Positions 24,527 to 28,964 of a stretch of 28,964 nucleotides of DNA are shown here, one piece after another. Position 1 is the stretch's first letter. The number at the start of each line of letters is the position of its first letter. The notes below the pieces were generated by a model. The model was not told the origin of the DNA, searched no databases, and was given only the letters and a program-made list of their open reading frames with translations. This DNA comes from an uncultured Myxococcales bacterium (lineage in GTDB: Bacteria; Myxococcota_A; Polyangia; Palsa-1104; JAEUJZ01), in assembly GCA_964437195.1 (NCBI GenBank), contig CAYTGC010000035.1, forward strand, positions 1 through 28,964, in the 5' to 3' direction. Position numbers and translations under genes: made by a program.

Positions 24527-26629
24527 ATGAGGCCTTATCTGCCGATCTGGGGGTCGGCCCTCTGCTCTCGCCTTCGACTTGATTTCGTCGTCGCAGGGAC
24601 GTGGATGCTGCTTCCATTGGATCCCTCCGTTGCTCATGGTGAAGGCAAGTTCGAGGCCGTGGTCACCGCTGAAGATCCGGTTCTTCGGCAAGAGATCAGC
24701 AAGCAGACGCTGCACACCGAAGAGCTTCGCAAAATGCCTGGGACGCTCGGCGATCCGCTGCGTGCGATCGAGAACCTTCCGGGGGCGGCTCGCCCTCCGC
24801 TCAATACCGGACTGTTTATCATTGAAGGTGCCCGCCCGTCGGATTCGCGCGTGTATCTGGCCGCCGCCGAGGTGCCGCAGCTCTACCACTATGGTGGTTT
24901 CACGTCGGTCGTACCCGCGGACTTTTTGTCGTCAGTAAGTTATCTTCCGCACAACTTTGGGGTGCGTTACGGGCGTGCCACCGCGGGGACGATCGATGTC
25001 GAGCTGCGGGCAGGCAAAAAAGATCGCTGGCATGCCGCACTCGACGTAAATCCGATCCATATCGGGGTGGAAGTGGAAGGTCCACTGCCACCGAAAAACG
25101 CGCTGACAAAAGAGCCAAGTGGTTCGATTCTGCTGGGGCTGCGGCGCAGCTACATCGATGCAGGTTTGGCGCTGGCCGGGGCGGTGCTTGGCGATCCGCC
25201 GGGACTTCGCTTCACCAATGCGCCGGTCTATTGGGACTATCAAGCGGTACTCAAGTACGCGCTCGCGGGAGGGACGCTGCGCGTGATGGTCCTGGGGGCG
25301 GATGATCAGATCTCTCTCAAGTTTGCGCGGCCACAGGATGTGGATCCGTCGGTGAACGGGACTTTCGCAACCCACATCATGTTTCACCGCTTGCAACTCC
25401 GCTATCAAAGGCGATTTGCCGGTTTTGACATGCTGTTTCAGAGCACGACTGGCTACACCGAGACAGATCTGGCCCTAGGCCGCACCGTTTCAATGTCGGT
25501 GAAGACGCTTGGCAATGACTTTCGCATCGAAGCGGTGCGCGAGCTGTCTCCAAAGTTTCGGCTGCTGCTTGGTACCGACGTACAGACTTCGTATGCGTGG
25601 CTTGACGCGGCCGTGCCCGCTCCGGTCCGTGAAGGGGAGTTCCAGAAACCGCCGGGATCTCTGTCCCAAGTCGTCGCCCGCGATGAAGCGTACTTTGCAA
25701 ACCCGGCGCTGTATGCGGAGCTTTTTGCACAGCTTCATCCGCGACTGTCGCTCGTGACCGGAGTTCGGCTGGACTACTTCGGCTACTTGCATCGCCATTC
25801 GATCGATCCGCGCCTGACCGGGAAGCTCGCTGTTACACCACTGACAACGGTGAAGTGGGGATTGGGACTCTATTCCCAGGATCCAGCAGTGCAGGACTAC
25901 TTTTCGTCGTTTGGGAATCGCGAACTCCGACTCGAACGTGCAGCGCATGTGTCCCTTGCGGTTGAGCAGGCCATTTGGAAGGGACTCATCCTTGAGCTGA
26001 CAGGACTTTACAAATATCTGTGGGATTTTGCCGGGACTTCGACGCTGTCTCGTCGTTTTGGGAGCGGTGAAAGTCCACTCGATCTACGTCCCGAACGGAC
26101 GGCCTCCCAAGTTCATGGACGCATCTATGGCGGCACACTCCTACTGCGGCAGAGCCTTTCCAAGTACTTCTTTGGCTGGCTCAGCTATTCGCTCCTGCGG
26201 AGCGAGCGTGCAGACTGTCCACAGTGCGCCTATCGCCTGTTCGACTTCGACCAGACGCACATTTTGATCCTCGCGGCCCACGCATACCTGCCGTACAAGT
26301 TCGAGATCGGCCTGCGGTTTCGCTACATCAGTGGGATTCCACAGACTCCGGTACGTGGTGGATTCTTCGACAGTGATACGGACCTGTATCAGCCGGTTCC
26401 AGCGTCGGAACGAAACACGGAAAGACTGGCCCCCTTTCACCAGCTCGATCTGCGGATTGATCGGACCTTTGTGACCAAGCGGATGACCTTCAAGCTGTAT
26501 CTGGACATCTCCAACGTCTACAACAATCCGGCGCAGGAACAGCTTGTGTATTCCTACGACTATTCCCAGCGCGCAGCCATCACCGGCCTTCCGATCCTTC
26601 CTTCTATTGGTGTGAGAGGCGAACTGTAG
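24527..26629 (+). CDS. TonB-dependent receptor-like outer-membrane protein (plug + beta-barrel), ~700 aa
   Basis: Plug-domain signatures EAVVTAEDP...ISKQTLHTEELRKMPGTLGDPLRAIENLPGA...GLFIIEGARPSDSRVYL. The long C-terminal region has a beta-barrel-like composition. The start is uncertain: 24527 gives a signal-like N-terminus, and 24605 is an alternative. Confidence 0.65.
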   Translation: MRPYLPIWGSALCSRLRLDFVVAGTWMLLPLDPSVAHGEGKFEAVVTAEDPVLRQEISKQTLHTEELRKMPGTLGDPLRAIENLPGAARPPLNTGLFIIEGARPSDSRVYLAAAEVPQLYHYGGFTSVVPADFLSSVSYLPHNFGVRYGRATAGTIDVELRAGKKDRWHAALDVNPIHIGVEVEGPLPPKNALTKEPSGSILLGLRRSYIDAGLALAGAVLGDPPGLRFTNAPVYWDYQAVLKYALAGGTLRVMVLGADDQISLKFARPQDVDPSVNGTFATHIMFHRLQLRYQRRFAGFDMLFQSTTGYTETDLALGRTVSMSVKTLGNDFRIEAVRELSPKFRLLLGTDVQTSYAWLDAAVPAPVREGEFQKPPGSLSQVVARDEAYFANPALYAELFAQLHPRLSLVTGVRLDYFGYLHRHSIDPRLTGKLAVTPLTTVKWGLGLYSQDPAVQDYFSSFGNRELRLERAAHVSLAVEQAIWKGLILELTGLYKYLWDFAGTSTLSRRFGSGESPLDLRPERTASQVHGRIYGGTLLLRQSLSKYFFGWLSYSLLRSERADCPQCAYRLFDFDQTHILILAAHAYLPYKFEIGLRFRYISGIPQTPVRGGFFDSDTDLYQPVPASERNTERLAPFHQLDLRIDRTFVTKRMTFKLYLDISNVYNNPAQEQLVYSYDYSQRAAITGLPILPSIGVRGEL

Positions 26630-26640
26630 TCGCAACGTGG

Positions 26641-26659
26641 GCTGGGGGCGAAGTCCCCA
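26641..26659 (+). terminator. GC-rich hairpin CTGGGG-gcgaagt-CCCCAG, 12 nt after the TonB-dependent-receptor stop
   Basis: Perfect 6-bp stem with a 7-nt loop. There is no U-tract, so it may be a weak or factor-dependent terminator. Confidence 0.3.
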
Positions 26660-26766
26660 GATCGGGAAAGAGATCGGGAAGAAAACTCCCATCTTGTGTC
26701 CCTGGCTGATGCTTTGCGATGAGTGTTTGAAAAGAAGCCCGTTCGCAAAACCAAGGAGGAGACAGG

Positions 26767-27696
26767 ATGCGTAGTTCGCCACCAGAAGCCCGTTTCTCGC
26801 GAGTTCTGCCGTCGATTTCACGTCGCGTCACAGGAGCTCTGCTCGCCACATCACTGCTATTTTCTTTTCAGCAGAGTGCGTCGGCTCTTCCCGTTGGGAA
26901 TCCGGTCGAAGCCGCTGAGCAAGAAGAAAACCTTCCCACCTGGGAGGAGATCGATGCGGCAGCAGTGGATTTTACGGCGATCATCGCGCTGTCAAACTGC
27001 TCTGGATCGCTCGTGCGCTTCACGACGTCAAAGCCCGATGACTATGCGCTGGTGCTGACCAACGGACACTGCCTGAGCGGTTTTGTCGCCGCGGGCAATG
27101 CCGTCGTCGATCAGGCTTCAAGCCGTACGTTTACGCTGCTCGACTCGAGCGCACGATCGCTTGCCACACTCCGCGCGCAGCGAATGATCTATGCCACGAT
27201 GACGGGATCCGACTTCGCGATCTACAAGCTGACCCAGACTTATGCGCAGCTGTCATCGCGCTACCGCGTGGCGCCGCATACCATCAACTCTCGTCGATCG
27301 AGCGAAGGTACTCCGGTTCGAATCGTGTCCGGATACTGGCGCAAGATCTACTCCTGCTCGATCGACTACTTTGTTCCCGAGCTGCGCGAAGCGACCTGGA
27401 CGTTCCGTGACTCGATTCGCTTCAAGCAGCCTGGCTGCGAGACCATCGGTGGAACCTCTGGATCGCCGATCTTCGATGCAGAGACGCGAGCTGTCATTGG
27501 CATCAACAACACCGGAAATGAGAGCGGCGCTTCCTGCACGATGAACAATCCGTGCGAAGTAGATGCCAGCGGAAAGATCACAGCGACGAAAGGCGCGGCC
27601 TATGGCCAGCAGCTCTATCAGATCTACGCCTGCCTTGATGCCAGCAACAACATCGACCTAAACCGAGCTGGTTGCACGCTGCAAAAACCGAAGTGA
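26767..27696 (+). CDS. Secreted trypsin/chymotrypsin-like (S1 family) serine protease
   Basis: Strong RBS AAGGAGGAG before the ATG. Signal peptide LLATSLLFSFQQSASALP. Catalytic His context LTNGHC and Ser context GGTSGSPIF, with Cys pairs typical of secreted S1 proteases. Confidence 0.7.
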   Translation: MRSSPPEARFSRVLPSISRRVTGALLATSLLFSFQQSASALPVGNPVEAAEQEENLPTWEEIDAAAVDFTAIIALSNCSGSLVRFTTSKPDDYALVLTNGHCLSGFVAAGNAVVDQASSRTFTLLDSSARSLATLRAQRMIYATMTGSDFAIYKLTQTYAQLSSRYRVAPHTINSRRSSEGTPVRIVSGYWRKIYSCSIDYFVPELREATWTFRDSIRFKQPGCETIGGTSGSPIFDAETRAVIGINNTGNESGASCTMNNPCEVDASGKITATKGAAYGQQLYQIYACLDASNNIDLNRAGCTLQKPK

Positions 27697-27702
27697 TCGC
27701 CA

Positions 27703-27720
27703 GAAAGGAGGACTCCTTTT
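27703..27720. terminator. Hairpin GAAAGGA-ggac-TCCTTTT between the convergent protease (+) and hypothetical (-) genes; candidate bidirectional terminator
   Basis: 7-bp stem (one G-U wobble) and a 4-nt loop. A U-run lies in the 3' arm on the + strand. The complementary structure, also with a T-run, forms on the - strand. Confidence 0.35.
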
Positions 27721-27725
27721 CCAGG

Positions 27726-28907
27726 TTAGGAGTCTTCTTTTGGCACGCTCCCTTGTCGGCCCGGTTCCCCGGGTCGATGACTACGCAGCCGCTCGGTAAT
27801 CCGCGCGTAGGTCAGCTCCATGAGGACGGACATCGCCGAAGAGAGCATGTCCGGCTCGCTTGCCGCATCAAATAGCACCGCCAATCGGCCCGGCTGTTGG
27901 GTTGAGTCCCATGCGATTCGTGCGCTGTCGAAGTGGATCTTGAGTGCTTCTTGGACGTCGGAAGCGGCAAGGAAACGAATCAGCTCGCGGTACTGTGGAA
28001 GCTCCCGGTCATCCATTCTGAGTTCGATGCCGATTCGGCTGTCTTGCTCGGGATGGATGAGAAATTCGTAGCGGACAGAAATCGGCCATCCACGAGGGTA
28101 GATTGAGAGGGAATTCCCTCGGTGTTTGATGTTCTCGATCGGAACAGCAGCTGGACCTTGGTGGGCAAACTGAACTGCGAGTTCGAGAAGATTCGCCTGC
28201 GCCTGTTGTTGCTGTCCTTGTGCGATCAGTGTCGGCACCACAATGTCATTGTCGTCACCAGCGGTAAAGCGCTTGAGGGTCAGAACCGCGAACTGGATCT
28301 TGACGTTCTGGCAAAGGTAGCGACAAATCCGCTGCAGCTGGGCCGGGGCGCGATCGAGCACCATCACCATTCCGACACGACCCGCCGCAAGGTGTTCGCT
28401 CACTTGCTGCCACAGCGCAGTGTAACGATCGATGTCGCCTCTGCTGATCGTGCGCAGTGCTTCTTCCAGTTTTCCACCGAGTGCCGCGCTAAGGTTTTCG
28501 ATCCGAAACTGTGACAAAGACGAGACATGATCCAGAAGCTGTCCGAGGACCTCACGGGTGGACCCGAGGTTTCGCGAAAGGAGTGCTTCGCAGATCAGGA
28601 GTCGTCCATCACTGTCGAGGTAAAGACCTGCGACTCGTTCATCGCCTGGCAATCGGAACGATGATGCAAGCAGATGGATCGGCGTTCCCATTACCTGCTG
28701 AATCAGGAGCGGCGCTGCGGTGAGATCACGCTCGAGATCCTTTTCTTTTTCGTAGCGATGTTCTTGCAGCAGAGAGACCTGGGGCTGTGTACCCCGCTGA
28801 ATCCGCACGATGTGCATCGCACCAAGGTACTCGGTCCGCACGCGGCTTTTGTAACCGACAGAATTTCGCTGTGTCTTCGCGTACTTGCGCAAGCCGCTTT
28901 CTTGCAA
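27726..28907 (-). CDS. Hypothetical protein (~360-393 aa), apparently cytoplasmic, with no recognisable family motif
   Basis: Long ORF with GC-rich third positions. The 28907 start is TTG, and the first ATG is at 28817 (MHIVRIQRG...). Convergent with the protease gene. Confidence 0.45.
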   Translation of the reverse strand: MQESGLRKYAKTQRNSVGYKSRVRTEYLGAMHIVRIQRGTQPQVSLLQEHRYEKEKDLERDLTAAPLLIQQVMGTPIHLLASSFRLPGDERVAGLYLDSDGRLLICEALLSRNLGSTREVLGQLLDHVSSLSQFRIENLSAALGGKLEEALRTISRGDIDRYTALWQQVSEHLAAGRVGMVMVLDRAPAQLQRICRYLCQNVKIQFAVLTLKRFTAGDDNDIVVPTLIAQGQQQQAQANLLELAVQFAHQGPAAVPIENIKHRGNSLSIYPRGWPISVRYEFLIHPEQDSRIGIELRMDDRELPQYRELIRFLAASDVQEALKIHFDSARIAWDSTQQPGRLAVLFDAASEPDMLSSAMSVLMELTYARITERLRSHRPGEPGRQGSVPKEDS

Positions 28908-28964
28908 TCCGCGTGGGTCCTATCCTCGTAGGCGGTGGCCGCAGATAGTTCGAGTCACGGCTGT

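Noticed and set aside
24932-26821. Three minus-strand ORFs (24932..25408, 25490..25948, 26141..26821) antisense to the TonB-dependent receptor
   Set aside because: They are antisense to a gene with plug-domain signatures and have wrong-frame composition.
27741-27757. sigma54-like TGGCAC-N5-cTTGt element on the + strand
   Set aside because: The -12 element is imperfect (TG instead of GC at the key position) and it points into the antisense of the downstream gene.
27726-28907. Possible PD-(D/E)xK nuclease-like motif (LYLDSDGRLLICEAL) in the hypothetical protein, i.e. a defence gene
   Set aside because: The catalytic Lys of the (D/E)xK triad is absent (E-A-L) and no second supporting motif is present. 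This is too weak to call.

Overview
The window is about 29 kb of GC-rich (roughly 60% by eye) chromosome from a Gram-negative bacterium. Cytochrome density, lipoboxes and Pro/Ala-rich proteins suggest a Deltaproteobacteria/Myxococcota- or Acidobacteria-like organism, but this cannot be settled without a search. I support about 20 protein-coding genes. No rRNA, tRNA, CRISPR array, transposase or integrase was recognised.

Two things stand out. First, a minus-strand operon (8695..16393) packs a complete candidate extracellular-electron-transfer conduit. In gene order it reads: decaheme outer-surface lipoprotein, second multiheme lipoprotein, beta-barrel porin-like protein, 13-heme periplasmic cytochrome, monoheme cytochrome c, NapC/NirT-family tetraheme quinol dehydrogenase, small membrane protein. 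Several junctions are ATGA stop/start overlaps. The same strand continues at short spacing into a class III adenylate cyclase, a membrane-anchored spermidine-synthase-like protein and a roughly 1045-aa polytopic membrane protein.

Second, directly next door (17240..20176) is a clear homologue of the eukaryotic major vault protein. It has recognisable MVP repeats, shoulder and C-terminal cap-helix coiled coil, and carries a Pro/Ala-rich insertion. Two tandem paralogous vWA-domain lipoproteins precede it, and a four-EF-hand Ca-binding protein converges on it.

The remaining genes are a TonB-dependent receptor, a secreted trypsin-like (S1) protease, Pro-rich low-complexity proteins at the left edge and an unassignable 393-aa protein at the right edge. 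Many long antisense or alternate-frame ORFs in the supplied track are the Arg/Ala-rich artefacts expected in GC-rich DNA and are rejected.
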